This document shows positions 10,565 to 20,325 of a DNA stretch of 47,580 bases, piece after piece (the first letter of the stretch is position 1; every line of letters begins with the position of its first letter). This stretch comes from Candidatus Nanopelagicaceae bacterium. Its GTDB lineage: Bacteria; Chloroflexota; Dormibacteria; Aeolococcales; Bog-877. Location of the stretch: the NCBI GenBank assembly GCA_035531535.1, contig DATKSV010000003.1, positions 1-47,580 of the forward strand. The letters are read 5' to 3'. The notes under the pieces are model-generated. The model saw nothing but the letters and a program-made list of their open reading frames with translations, was not told where the DNA came from and ran no database searches. Made by a program: the position numbers and the translations under genes.

Positions 10565-10819
10565 GGGGTCAGATTACCGGATAGCAGGGGCCCGGGGGCG
10601 GCCACGGTCGACCCGACCCGCGCTGCCCCGGCTCACGCGCCAACACTGGGCGCACCGCGGTGCGTTGTAAACATCAGCGGTTTGGGGGAGACCCAGAGAG
10701 TGAAACGCAGCGATCGCTGCCTTGCCCTTGACCAGCGCCCAAGAGCAGGCGCCGCGGAGGCTGGCTCGGGCCCGGACGAGACCGCCTCCGCGGGGGATCC
10801 GTCGCCGGTTTCCGGACCG

Positions 10820-11506
10820 ATGTCGGTGCGAAGGGCACGATCCAGTGAGACGACCGGACGTCTGATCCGGATTGCTGTGCTGGCTGCGATTGTCCTGGTG
10901 ACCATCCAGTGCTTAGGGAAGGCGCAAGTGGCAGTCATGACGCCCCGACTGGTTGAGGCCCGGACCCTGGAGACAGTGTTCAACTGGAGCAATGCGTGGC
11001 AGCCCAAACCTCTCCAGTGGGTGCGACCTTCTGCGCCAGCGATGGCGAGCTGGCTGCAGCGGGAACACCTGCCGTCACCATTCGGAGTCGCCTTCAATGG
11101 CGACGGTTACGTGGTGGAAATCACGGGCCACTTCCAAGGCGACGGCCGCCGCAGGGGTGCTCTGGGGCTGCTCATGCCGGTGACCTTTGGGGCACCTCCT
11201 GGGCGATTTGAATATGTGTCCTTTGTCTGGAAGGCGCCGATGGGGCTGGCGTCGCTGGGTTCGGTTCACAATGCGCAGTTCCCGCCGCTATCGCGGTTCT
11301 CAAAGGGCCGCATTCCGGATATGCGGGGACTCACCTCAAGGCAGGCGACGTCGGTCGCCAGGCGCGCTCGCCTATCTAGCACGACACGCGCAGCGCCAAT
11401 CCCCGGCCTGCCAGTCGATACGGTCGTCGCCCAGAGTCCGCCCCCCGGCACCGGCTCAGGCCCGGGCAGAGTTGAACTGACATTGAGCTTCCCGGCCCCT
11501 GGTTGA
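10820..11506 (+). CDS. Membrane-anchored PASTA-domain protein.
   Basis: A TM helix (LIRIAVLAAIVLVTIQ) is followed by a C-terminal PASTA-like unit (IPDMRGLTSRQATSVARRARLSS...VDTVVAQSPPPGTGSGPGRVELTLSFPAP). The upstream part of the track ORF 10238.. is antisense to the LLM gene and was trimmed. Confidence 0.6.
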   Translation: MSVRRARSSETTGRLIRIAVLAAIVLVTIQCLGKAQVAVMTPRLVEARTLETVFNWSNAWQPKPLQWVRPSAPAMASWLQREHLPSPFGVAFNGDGYVVEITGHFQGDGRRRGALGLLMPVTFGAPPGRFEYVSFVWKAPMGLASLGSVHNAQFPPLSRFSKGRIPDMRGLTSRQATSVARRARLSSTTRAAPIPGLPVDTVVAQSPPPGTGSGPGRVELTLSFPAPG

Positions 11507-12024
11507 GCCTGGGTTTTGGCCAGACTACAGCGTCACCATGGGCCAGATGGCAGCCTCGCTAGCGATGTGTGGCGGCTTTGAGCGGTGATTCTCTGCAGGG
11601 CCACGCTGCCCATCCCGGCATTGGCTAGGCTCCTCTCGGCAGGGGCGCTCCAGACAAAGCCGCTCGGACTGTCACTGTTGGCGTTGCGGTAGGCCTCGAG
11701 GGCAGCGGAAAGGTTAGGTTTAGGGCATGCATCACGTCGGATGGCCCTGTCATCCAGGTCGCGGAAGCGCCGGTCCAGAGGCGAGAGCTGACAGCTCAAG
11801 GGCCTGACAGATAGCGCGTGCAAACCAGTCACCCGTGACCGCAACCAGTCCACGTTTGTCTCAAGGACTCCGCAGTGGTCGCACGATCGTATGCCAAGCT
11901 CCTGGCACCGCCGCGGGCGGACCGGACCAGGTGAAACGTTTCAAGGAAACGAGACCCTGGGGGGGCCCCAGCTCAGCTTGGTAGCGAACGCGGATAGTGG
12001 AGTTGTCGAGGCTCGTGGGCCTCT

Positions 12025-12189
12025 CTATAACCGCCTGAGGAATATTAGGTAGACAGCCCCAAAGACCGCGACAATCCCAACATTCACGATCAGCCGTTCC
12101 ACAGGCCGGTACCTCAGGAATGCGAAGTCCACGGCCACGATGAGGACGACCATACCGCCCGCGTAAAGGGCAATTCCGGTTCTGCTCAC
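12025..12189 (-). CDS. Small hydrophobic (two-TM) protein of 54 aa, not in the ORF track.
   Basis: Minus-strand GTG start 6-7 nt after a GGAGG. The translation is VSRTGIALYAGGMVVLIVAVDFAFLRYRPVERLIVNVGIVAVFGAVYLIFLRRL*. It lies in a locally lower-GC patch. Confidence 0.3.
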   Translation of the reverse strand: MSRTGIALYAGGMVVLIVAVDFAFLRYRPVERLIVNVGIVAVFGAVYLIFLRRL

Positions 12190-13180
12190 GCTTCTACCTC
12201 CACCGGTAGTCTAGCCCTTGACGATCTAGCCGGAGCTCCTGTCAGGTTGTGGGGAAATTACTCCCACGACGGCGGGTCTGCTGGTCAACCGGCAGTGCCC
12301 TCGAAGGTGGTGGTGGGAGTTGGCCGCAGGCAGCCGTCGTCGAAGCCATCCCCATCCCGGCGCAGGGCCAGCTGGTTGCGGCCGTTGCTGGGGCGCCAGT
12401 TGATGCTGAGCCGCAGCACCAGCTTGAAGACCAGGTAGAGGGCGTTCTCGCGGGAGCGCAGCCGCATGGTGGCGTTGGTCCTGAGCCGGACGCCGGCGCG
12501 GATCGACTCCCCCGGCGCTAGAGGTCCGAAGCTGGGTCCAATGCTCATCGGGGACGTCGTCGAAGGTGTCGAAGTCCTCCCCCTTTCGCTCCAGGCAGTC
12601 AGCCGCATAAGCATGGTCAGTGGCCGGCGGCTTGGCTCAGTACTCAGCCCGCCGCCGGCTGCATTCGGCCTGGGTCGGGGCTCCGCAGATGTCCCGGACG
12701 GCGGCCATGGCGTCAGCCTGGAGCCGCCTTGGGAGCTGGTCAGCCACATTCGGGCCGCGCTGCACTCAATGCCGGCATCGGCGCTAGAATCGCTCGCCGA
12801 TCACTTTGCCCTCCCCAACGGGGAGAGCGGCGAAATCCGGCCCTAGCGCTTTCAGTTGTTGGTCACAGTGCCGCCCGCCGGTAGTCATCGGCGGACCTGG
12901 CAGGGGCCGCCCGAGAGCGTGGATCTGGCTCTGCCGGTCCCGGCACGACAGCACCACCTCGTCAGGGGGTCCAGCTAGACCCCATCAGGTTGATGAGCTG
13001 CGCCTCGACGGGTGGCGGCTGCGAGAGAGTCGACCCAAACGTCACAAATTCCCAACGCACCACGCCAGCGACTCGGTGGAGCGACCGGCGCTGCCCGCGT
13101 GTGCGACCAGGCGCCCGCTGGCGACATGCATGAGGGGAAGCGGGCAGGCGCCCAACTCGAGCTGAAACGGTTCGGCTACG

Positions 13181-13843
13181 ATGCCCACCATGGAAGCCCA
13201 GAGACCGGTCACGCTGCGGACCACGGTGCGACGTCATCCGGAGCGCGCCAGCTACGACCGGGTGGTCGTCAACCGGGTCCTGGACGAGGGGCTGATCTGT
13301 CACCTGGGGTTCGTGGTCGACGGAGTCCCCTGGGTGGTGCCCACCATGTACGCGCGGGCCGGAGACATTCTGTATGTGCATGGTTCACCCGCTTCCCGGA
13401 TGCTCCAGACGGCCGGGTCGGGCGCCGAGATCTGCGTGACGGTGACCTTGCTGGACGGGCTGGTGCTGGCCCGGTCGGCCTTCAATCACTCCATGAACTA
13501 CCGCTCGGTGATGCTGGTCGGGCGGCCCGAGCCGGTCACCGAGATCCAGGAGAAGATGGCCGCCTTCCAGGCCCTGGTCGAGCACGTGGTGCGGGGCCGG
13601 TGGGAGCATGTTCGAGCCACCACGGCCAAGGAGCTGAAGGCCACCACGGTGCTGCGGCTGGCGATCGGGGAAGCCTCCTGCAAGCTGCGGGAGGGCGGCC
13701 CCGGGGACCCCCGCCAGGATGCCGAGCTCCCCGTCTGGGCCGGGGTGATCCCGCTCCAGTTGGCAGCCGGCCCAGCCCTTCCCGCCCCGGACCTGCCCCC
13801 CGGACTGGCGCTGCCCGCGCACGTGTCGGGTTATCGGCGCTAG
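13181..13843 (+). CDS. Pyridoxamine 5'-phosphate oxidase family (Pyridox_ox_2 / NimA-like flavin-binding) protein.
   Basis: Motifs RASYDRVVVNRVLDEGLICHLGFVVDGVPWVVPTMYARAGDILYVHGS and YRSVMLVGRPEPVTEIQEKMAAFQALVEHVVRGRWEH. Confidence 0.75.
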   Translation: MPTMEAQRPVTLRTTVRRHPERASYDRVVVNRVLDEGLICHLGFVVDGVPWVVPTMYARAGDILYVHGSPASRMLQTAGSGAEICVTVTLLDGLVLARSAFNHSMNYRSVMLVGRPEPVTEIQEKMAAFQALVEHVVRGRWEHVRATTAKELKATTVLRLAIGEASCKLREGGPGDPRQDAELPVWAGVIPLQLAAGPALPAPDLPPGLALPAHVSGYRR

Positions 13844-13864
13844 GTTGGGGAAGCCGGCGCGGGC

Positions 13865-14236
13865 TCAGCTGCCCGCAGCCGGGGGGGTGCCCTTCTCGGC
13901 GAACTGCTGGTAAGCCTGCCAGGCCCGGGGACCGTAGACGGTGGCCGGGCCGCCGTCGAGCAGCACGGTCAAGCCGATCATCTCGGCCACCTCCTGAGCG
14001 GTGGCGCCCCGGCGCGCGGCGCCGCGGGCGTGGGCGGCGATGCAGCCGTCGCAGCGCTTCACGATCGAGATCGCCAGCGCGATCAGCTCCTTGTATTTGG
14101 CCGGGAGTTCGCCCTCGGCCAGGGCAGCCCGGTGCATCGCGGCGTAGGCCGACCAGACCTCGGGAATGGCCCGCCGCAGCTCGGCCACCGGCTGGCCGAG
14201 ATCGGTCAGAACCTCCTGGTAGTCGATCTTGCTCAT
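13865..14236 (-). CDS. Carboxymuconolactone decarboxylase (AhpD-like) family protein.
   Basis: 123 aa beginning MSKIDYQEVLTDLGQ, with the AhpD-type CxxC-H motif (VKRCDGCIAAHARGA). The longer track ORF 13865..15040 extends antisense into the hydrolase gene and was trimmed. Confidence 0.75.
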   Translation of the reverse strand: MSKIDYQEVLTDLGQPVAELRRAIPEVWSAYAAMHRAALAEGELPAKYKELIALAISIVKRCDGCIAAHARGAARRGATAQEVAEMIGLTVLLDGGPATVYGPRAWQAYQQFAEKGTPPAAGS

Positions 14237-14308
14237 GGCATCGCTCCTCAAAAACGGCCGCCTGCCGGACGGCACGTCCCGGCCCAGCTCGTCTGGCAGA
14301 ATACGGAC

Positions 14309-15058
14309 ATGTGCTATGCCGATGATGCGCTGCCCCCGTTTCCCCCCATCCGCGGCGGCGCCCCTGATGGCGAGCAACTGGTTCTGGCGTCCGCGGACCG
14401 CACCCGGTTCGGCGCCTACGGGGCGCATCCAGATCGGGCCAACGGAGCCGGGATCGTCATCCTGCCCGACGTCCGCGGCCTCCACCACTTCTACGAGGAG
14501 CTGGCGCTTCGCTTCGCGGAGACGGGCCTCCAGGCCATCGCCACCGACTACTTCGGGCGCACAGCCGGCCTCGAGCCCCGCGACGACAGCTTCGAGTTCC
14601 GGCCCCACCTCGAGAAGCTGACGCCAGACCAGATCGCCCAGGACACGGCCGCCGCGGTGGCCTGGCTGCGCTCCCCAGCCGGGGGTATCTGCCAGGATGT
14701 CTTCACGGTCGGCTTCTGCTTCGGCGGTAGCAACTCCTGGAACCAGGCCGCGGCCGGCCATGGCCTGGCGGGCAGCATCGGCTTCTACGGCCAGCCCCAG
14801 CGCACCCAGCCGTTCCTGGCGAAGATCGAGAGTCCGCTGCTGATCCTGATCGCGGGCGCCGACTTCACTCCCGCGGAGGCCTACACGGAGTTCGGCTCCC
14901 AGCTGACCAAGGCCGGGGTGGACTTCGAGTCCCACACCTACCCAGGGGCGCCCCACAGCTTCTTCGACCGCACCTTCTCGGAGCACCAGGAGGCCTGCGA
15001 CGACGCCTGGACGCGGATGCTGGACTTCATCGCCCGGCACCGCAGCCAGGTGAACTGA
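14309..15058 (+). CDS. Dienelactone hydrolase family protein.
   Basis: 250 aa from MCYADDALPPF. It has the alpha/beta-hydrolase dienelactone-hydrolase pattern (GIVILPDVRGLHHFYEELALRFAETGLQAIATDYFGRTAG, GFCFGG, HSFFD). Confidence 0.8.
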   Translation: MCYADDALPPFPPIRGGAPDGEQLVLASADRTRFGAYGAHPDRANGAGIVILPDVRGLHHFYEELALRFAETGLQAIATDYFGRTAGLEPRDDSFEFRPHLEKLTPDQIAQDTAAAVAWLRSPAGGICQDVFTVGFCFGGSNSWNQAAAGHGLAGSIGFYGQPQRTQPFLAKIESPLLILIAGADFTPAEAYTEFGSQLTKAGVDFESHTYPGAPHSFFDRTFSEHQEACDDAWTRMLDFIARHRSQVN

Positions 15059-15073
15059 CCCGGCCCGAGCAAA

Positions 15074-15880
15074 CTACCTCGGCTCGCGCCGGAAGGCCCC
15101 GGCACGGAGAACCGGCACCGCCGAGGAGACGTTGAGCGCGGCGGCCCAGTCAAGCTCCCCGGCGTAGCCCCGCTCGATCTGCTCGCGGCCGGACACCGAC
15201 TCCTGCAAGGTCCGGCGCAGTCCGTGACGGCGCGCCTGCAGGTAGACCGCGGCGGCGGCCTGAGCCTCCGGGGATCGCCGCCGCCGGCGGAGTCCGTCGA
15301 TGATCGCGCCGGCGCCAACCAGATCCTCCAGCGCGGGGTCGAGACTGCGATCGGGCCAGCGCTCCCCGGCCGCGATCACCGAGATCACCCCGCCGTGCCG
15401 GCGCGCGAAGCGAGCCACCGCGAAGGCGTTGCGCAGTGAGCCGGCTACCACCTGGGCACCGCTCTCAGATGCCGCCGCCGCCACCGCCGAGCCGTTGGGC
15501 GAGGGCAGCACGATCGAGGTCCCGTGAGGAGCCCGGCTGAGAGTGACAGGCGAGAGCGAGTAGGGGGTCTCCGGCCCCACCTGAGAGCGCCCGACGGCGA
15601 GCTCGGCGCCCACCTTGCCGGCCAGCTTGGCCGCCGCCTCCTGGTCCCAGGGGTGAGGATAGATGGCGCAGTCGCGCTCGACGGCGACGGCCACCGCGGT
15701 GGTGAAGGTGATCACGTCCACCACCACCACCACGTCCGACCCGGGGACCAGGGCCCGTGCCCCTAGCTCCCCCCACCCAAAGCGCACGTTGAAGGGCGCG
15801 CTATCGCGGGCGGCGGCCACCCTGGGTGCGCCGAGGTTGGGGGGATCTGGGACAGCTCCGATAGCGGTGGAGTCAAGCAT
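15074..15880 (-). CDS. comB: 2-phosphosulfolactate phosphatase (ComB) family protein.
   Basis: The ComB signature VVVVDVITFTTAVAVAVE is followed by PSPNGSAVA and a Gly-rich core. Confidence 0.75.
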   Translation of the reverse strand: MLDSTAIGAVPDPPNLGAPRVAAARDSAPFNVRFGWGELGARALVPGSDVVVVVDVITFTTAVAVAVERDCAIYPHPWDQEAAAKLAGKVGAELAVGRSQVGPETPYSLSPVTLSRAPHGTSIVLPSPNGSAVAAAASESGAQVVAGSLRNAFAVARFARRHGGVISVIAAGERWPDRSLDPALEDLVGAGAIIDGLRRRRRSPEAQAAAAVYLQARRHGLRRTLQESVSGREQIERGYAGELDWAAALNVSSAVPVLRAGAFRREPR

Positions 15881-16049
15881 CGCGATAGCTTCGCCGATGG
15901 GGCGGTCGCGGTGCGACGCCCGGCCGCCGCCGGCAGCGGGCGGGTGGAACCAAGTCAGCTGCGGGGCCCCCCTGGGGGAGGCCCATCGGGACGGCGGCTA
16001 TAGTGGGCTCATGACGCTCCCCGCCAGGTTGGGGGCCTAGGTCGCCCCG

Positions 16050-17444
16050 GTGCCGCTGCCTAGGACTCTTGGTGAACTACGGGGCAGCGAGTACCGGATG
16101 CGCTCGGTCCGGGAGGAGCTGCGGGACAACCTGATGGCTGCCCTGCGCTCGGGGCAGCCCCTGTTCGCGGGCCTGATCGGCTACCAGGAGACGGTGGTGC
16201 CGCAGGTGGAGAACGCCATCCTGGCGGGCCAGGACATCATCTTCCTGGGCGAGCGCGGGCAGGCCAAGTCGCGCCTGATCCGGGCCTTGACGTCGCTGCT
16301 GGATGAGCAGCTCCCGATCGTCGCCGGCAGCGAGGTCCACGACGATCCCTATGCGCCCATCAGCCGCTTGGGCAGGGACCTGGTGGCCGACTTGGGCGAC
16401 GCCACCCCGATCGAGTGGGTCCCCCGCGACCGCCGCTTCGGGGAGAAGCTGGCCACCCCCGACACCTCCATCGCCGACCTCATCGGCGAGGTCGACCCCA
16501 TCCGGGTGGCCGAGGGTCGCTATCTGGCGGACGAGCTGACCATCCACTACGGCCTGCTCCCGCGGGTCAATCGCGGCATCTTCGCCATCAACGAGCTGCC
16601 CGACCTGGCCGAGAGGATCCAGGTGGGGCTGCTCAACATCATGGAGGAGCGCGACGTCCAGATCCGGGGCTTCCAGGTGCGGCTGCCGCTGGACGTGATG
16701 GTGGTGGCCACCGCCAACCCCGAGGACTACACCAACCGGGGCCGCATCATCACCCCCCTCAAGGACCGCTTCGGGGCCCAGATCCGGACCCACTATCCCC
16801 GCTCCAGCGTCCAGGAGGCAGAGATAATCGAGCAGGAAGGGGCCTCGTTCGAAGGCCTGGGCGTCAACCTGCACGTGCCCGCCTACATGCGCGAGCTGGT
16901 GGCCGAGATCTCCCAGCTGGCCCGCCACACCGCCCAGATAAACCAGCGCTCCGGGGTGTCGGTGCGGCTTTCCATAGCCAACTTCGAGACCATGTGCGCC
17001 AACTCGATTCGGCGCGCGATCCAGCTCGGGGAGCCGGAGGCGGTGCCCCGGATCAGCGACCTGGTGGCCCTCGCCGCTTCCACCTCGGGCAAGCTCGAGC
17101 TGGAAACCTGGGAGGAAGGGGAGGACCAGGTCGTGATCCAGAAACTGGTCCGCGGCGCCATCAGCACCGTCTTCCGTCACCACTTCTCACTGCAGGAGTT
17201 CGCCCCCCTGCTGGCCCGCTTCGAGCAGGGCCTGAGCCTGGAGACCGGGGAGAGGATCCCCGCCTCGCGCTACCTCCAGATGGCGAGCTCACTGCCCGAG
17301 ACCGCCCGCATCCTGGCCGACCTGGACGAGCCCAACCAGCCCGCCTCGGTGGCGGCCGCGTTGGAGCTGGTGCTGGAGGGCTTGCACCTGGCCAAGCGGC
17401 TCAACAAGACCTCGGTGGATGGCACCGCCGTCTACGCCAGCTGA
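16050..17444 (+). CDS. ChlI/MoxR-like AAA+ ATPase (Mg-chelatase-like, Rv0958-type).
   Basis: 464 aa with a Walker A-like GERGQAKSRLIRAL, a Walker B/sensor region (IFAINELPDL, VVATANPEDYTNRGRIITPLKDRFG) and a C-terminal helical domain. Confidence 0.8.
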   Translation: MPLPRTLGELRGSEYRMRSVREELRDNLMAALRSGQPLFAGLIGYQETVVPQVENAILAGQDIIFLGERGQAKSRLIRALTSLLDEQLPIVAGSEVHDDPYAPISRLGRDLVADLGDATPIEWVPRDRRFGEKLATPDTSIADLIGEVDPIRVAEGRYLADELTIHYGLLPRVNRGIFAINELPDLAERIQVGLLNIMEERDVQIRGFQVRLPLDVMVVATANPEDYTNRGRIITPLKDRFGAQIRTHYPRSSVQEAEIIEQEGASFEGLGVNLHVPAYMRELVAEISQLARHTAQINQRSGVSVRLSIANFETMCANSIRRAIQLGEPEAVPRISDLVALAASTSGKLELETWEEGEDQVVIQKLVRGAISTVFRHHFSLQEFAPLLARFEQGLSLETGERIPASRYLQMASSLPETARILADLDEPNQPASVAAALELVLEGLHLAKRLNKTSVDGTAVYAS

Positions 17445-19443
17445 GGGACGCGCGGTGCCGTCCGCACGCCAGCGTTACAGCCGTTGGGACGGCAGCCAGG
17501 AAGGGGACTTCCCCGCCGCCGACGAGGTCTTCTCCCGGTTGGCCGAGGATGTCTTCCATGGCTGGGACTTCGACTCCGCCCTGCGCCGGCTGCTGAGCCA
17601 GGGCTTCAAGGACCCGCAGGGAAGGCGGCTGCCGGGGTTGGAGGGGCTGCTCGAGCAGATCCGGCAGCGCCGCCAGCAGCAGCTCCGGCGCTACAACCTG
17701 GAAGGTCTCTTCCAGGACATAGCGGAGCGCCTCGACGGGATCGTCAAGCGCGAGCGAGAGACCCTGGGGGAGCGCTTGGAGCAAGCCCGGGGCGAGCCCG
17801 GTGGATCTCTGGCACAACGGACCGCCAGCAGCCGGCTGAGCCAGCTCGACCAGCTGCCCCCCGAGCCCGGGTCGGCGATCGGGGAGCTGCAGAACTACGA
17901 GTTCATGGATCCCAGGGCCGAGGCCGACTTCCGGGAGCTGTTGGCCGAGCTTCGGCGCAATCTGGCGGAGTCGCACTTCCAGCAGCTGGGCCAGAGCATG
18001 CAGCAGATGGGCCCCGAACAGGTGGCCCAGATGCGCGCCATGATGGCTGACCTCAACGCGATGCTGGCCCGCCACCTGCGCGGCGAACCCCCTGGCTACG
18101 AGCAGTTCATGGCCAAGTGGGGCGACCTCTTCCCCGATCGCCCCCAGACCCTGGAAGAGTTCCTGGAGCAGTTGCAACGACGCATGGCGGAACTGGATTC
18201 CCTGCTGAAGTCGATGTCGCCGGAGGCGCGTCAGCAGCTCCAGGAGATGCTCGAGGGCGCCCTCTCCGATGAGGCGCTTCAGGCCGAGCTGGAGCAGCTC
18301 GCCCAGCTGATCGGGCAACTGGCCCCGGGCGACGGCGTGGGCAGCCGCTTCGGATTCTCCGGGGCCGAGGAGCTCAGCTTCCCCGAGGCCATGGACATGA
18401 TGGCCCGACTGCAGCGGCTGGAGGCGCTGGAACGCGGCTTGAGCCGCGCCGTGGAGGGGCAGGAGATGCCCTTGGATCTGCTCGAGCAGCTGGACTCGGA
18501 GCTAGGCCCGGAGGCGGCCGCCAGCGTGCGCCGGATCCAGCAGCTGCTGGAGGAGATGGAGCGCAACGGGCAGCTCCGCCGGGGCGAGCAGGGCCTCGAG
18601 CTGACCCCTCAGGGAGTGCGCCGGATCGGCCAGAAGGCCCTCCGCGACATCTTCTCGAATCTGCGCGGCGACCGCTTCGGGGGCCATCGGGTGGACCGTC
18701 CCGGCGGTGGCGGCGACCGCGGGGAGGAGAGCAAGGTCTACGAGTTCGGCGACCCCTTCACCCTGGATGTGGAACGGACCCTGATGAACGCCGTCCGCAG
18801 AGGCGAGGCGCGGGCCCCGCTGCGCCTGCTGACGGAGGACTTCGAGGTGGTGCGGCCGGAACAGACCGTGACCGCCAGCACCGTGCTGATGCTGGACATG
18901 AGCCGGAGCATGCCGCTGCGGGGCTACTTCTACGCCGCCAAGAAGATGGCCCTGGGGCTGGACGCCCTGATCCGCAGCCAGTTCCCCCGGGACAGCCTCT
19001 ACGTGGTGGGCTTCTCCGACTACGCCCGCGAGATCCCTCCCGGCGCGCTGGCTGAACTCTCCTACAGCGAGTATGTGTACGGCACCAACATGCAACACGG
19101 CCTGATGCTGGCGCGGCGCCTGCTCAACCGCCACCGCGGGGGCAACCGCCAGATCATCATCGTGTCGGACGGTGAGCCCACCGCTCACATGGAGGGCGAC
19201 CGAGCGGTGTTCTTCTACCCGCCCCTGCCGGAGACCTTCCAGAAGACCCTGCTGGAGGTCAGGCGCTGCACCCAGGAGAAGATCGTCATCAACACCTTCA
19301 TGCTGGAGAGCAACAGCTTCTTGGTCCAGTTCGTGAACCAGATCACCCGCCTCAACCGCGGCCGGGCCTTCTTTGTCAGCCCCGACCGGCTGGGTGACTA
19401 CGTCCTGGTCGACTATGTCAGTTCGCGGGCCCGCCCCGCCTGA
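17419..19443 (+). CDS. VWA-domain protein with a long coiled-coil Q/E/R-rich N-terminal region (Rv0959-type).
   Basis: 674 aa. The C-terminal VWA / MIDAS-like region reads VLMLDMSRSM...VVGFSDYAREI...IIIVSDGEPTAH. The ORF overlaps the ATPase stop. An alternative GTG start at 17455 lies just after the ATPase stop and has a GAGGGA RBS. Confidence 0.8.
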   Translation: MAPPSTPAEGRAVPSARQRYSRWDGSQEGDFPAADEVFSRLAEDVFHGWDFDSALRRLLSQGFKDPQGRRLPGLEGLLEQIRQRRQQQLRRYNLEGLFQDIAERLDGIVKRERETLGERLEQARGEPGGSLAQRTASSRLSQLDQLPPEPGSAIGELQNYEFMDPRAEADFRELLAELRRNLAESHFQQLGQSMQQMGPEQVAQMRAMMADLNAMLARHLRGEPPGYEQFMAKWGDLFPDRPQTLEEFLEQLQRRMAELDSLLKSMSPEARQQLQEMLEGALSDEALQAELEQLAQLIGQLAPGDGVGSRFGFSGAEELSFPEAMDMMARLQRLEALERGLSRAVEGQEMPLDLLEQLDSELGPEAAASVRRIQQLLEEMERNGQLRRGEQGLELTPQGVRRIGQKALRDIFSNLRGDRFGGHRVDRPGGGGDRGEESKVYEFGDPFTLDVERTLMNAVRRGEARAPLRLLTEDFEVVRPEQTVTASTVLMLDMSRSMPLRGYFYAAKKMALGLDALIRSQFPRDSLYVVGFSDYAREIPPGALAELSYSEYVYGTNMQHGLMLARRLLNRHRGGNRQIIIVSDGEPTAHMEGDRAVFFYPPLPETFQKTLLEVRRCTQEKIVINTFMLESNSFLVQFVNQITRLNRGRAFFVSPDRLGDYVLVDYVSSRARPA

Positions 19444-19446
19444 GCG

Positions 19447-20325
19447 ATGGCGGCATCCCCACTCGACCCATCCCGGCAGCAGTTCTCAGAGCGCCTGCTG
19501 AACCAGCTGCGGTCCCGCTACCCCAGTTGGGACTTCCAGCCCGCCGACCAAGGATTCGCAATCTCCGCCAGGAAGGAGCAGGCTCGGCTCTCACTCTCCT
19601 TGACCACTCTCTACCAGGCGGCGGCGGCGCCGGGATCGCTGGCCCCGGCCGAGATCTTGCGCTTCGTCCAAGCCGCCGGCCCCAGGCTCAGCGCGGCCGA
19701 GGCTGCGCCGGTGCCGGAGGGTGGGGTGCCCGACCCGGAGGCCCTGGTGTGGTGTGTGCGCACCCAGAAGGTGATCAGCCGCTACCCCCGCGCGGGTGAG
19801 CTGGTGACCAGGGAGCTTCCGGGCGGCCTGCTGGCGTTCGTGTCGGAGGCCCTCCCCGGCGAAATCATGCGCGGGGTATCCCTGAAGCAGGCGGCGGAGG
19901 GGGGCCTCAACGAGGCCGAGCTGGTGCGTCGTTCCGACCACAACACGGCGGTGCGGCTGCAGCGTTGGGAGCAACAGTTGGCGACATCTCCCCGCCAGGG
20001 CCGCTGGATCTTCCGCCACGACGTGCTCTTCTCCAGCAGCCTGCTGCTGGTGCCGCCGTTCCTGCAAGCGGTGGCGGCGCGCGGCCAGGGCAGCGCCGCC
20101 CTTCTGGTGCCGGACCGGGGCACCCTGGTGGCGGCGATCGGGGAGGGGGCTCAGCCGCAGCAGCTACGCCATGTCGCCCGCCGCCTCTACGGCATGGCCG
20201 ACAGCCCCCTCATCCCCTACCTGCTGCTGACCGACGGGCACAGCCTGGCGCTCCATCCCTCCGAGGCCGAGCCACGGCGCCCCTGGTCAGGCTGGCGCCA
20301 GCTCCTGGGAATGAGAGGGTGGTGA
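19447..20325 (+). CDS. Hypothetical protein encoded between the VWA and NlpC/P60 genes.
   Basis: 292 aa. It starts 4 nt after the VWA stop and overlaps the next gene's start by 4-7 nt, so it is translationally coupled. No motif was recognised. Confidence 0.55.
   Translation: MAASPLDPSRQQFSERLLNQLRSRYPSWDFQPADQGFAISARKEQARLSLSLTTLYQAAAAPGSLAPAEILRFVQAAGPRLSAAEAAPVPEGGVPDPEALVWCVRTQKVISRYPRAGELVTRELPGGLLAFVSEALPGEIMRGVSLKQAAEGGLNEAELVRRSDHNTAVRLQRWEQQLATSPRQGRWIFRHDVLFSSSLLLVPPFLQAVAARGQGSAALLVPDRGTLVAAIGEGAQPQQLRHVARRLYGMADSPLIPYLLLTDGHSLALHPSEAEPRRPWSGWRQLLGMRGW

Noticed and set aside
10238-10819. The upstream part of the 422-aa + ORF.
   Set aside because: It is antisense to the LLM F420 oxidoreductase gene and has low-complexity composition. 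The PASTA protein's TM helix follows the ATG at 10820.
14237-15040. The upstream extension of the 391-aa minus ORF.
   Set aside because: It is antisense to the dienelactone hydrolase gene. AhpD-like homology and a clean MSKIDY start begin at 14236.
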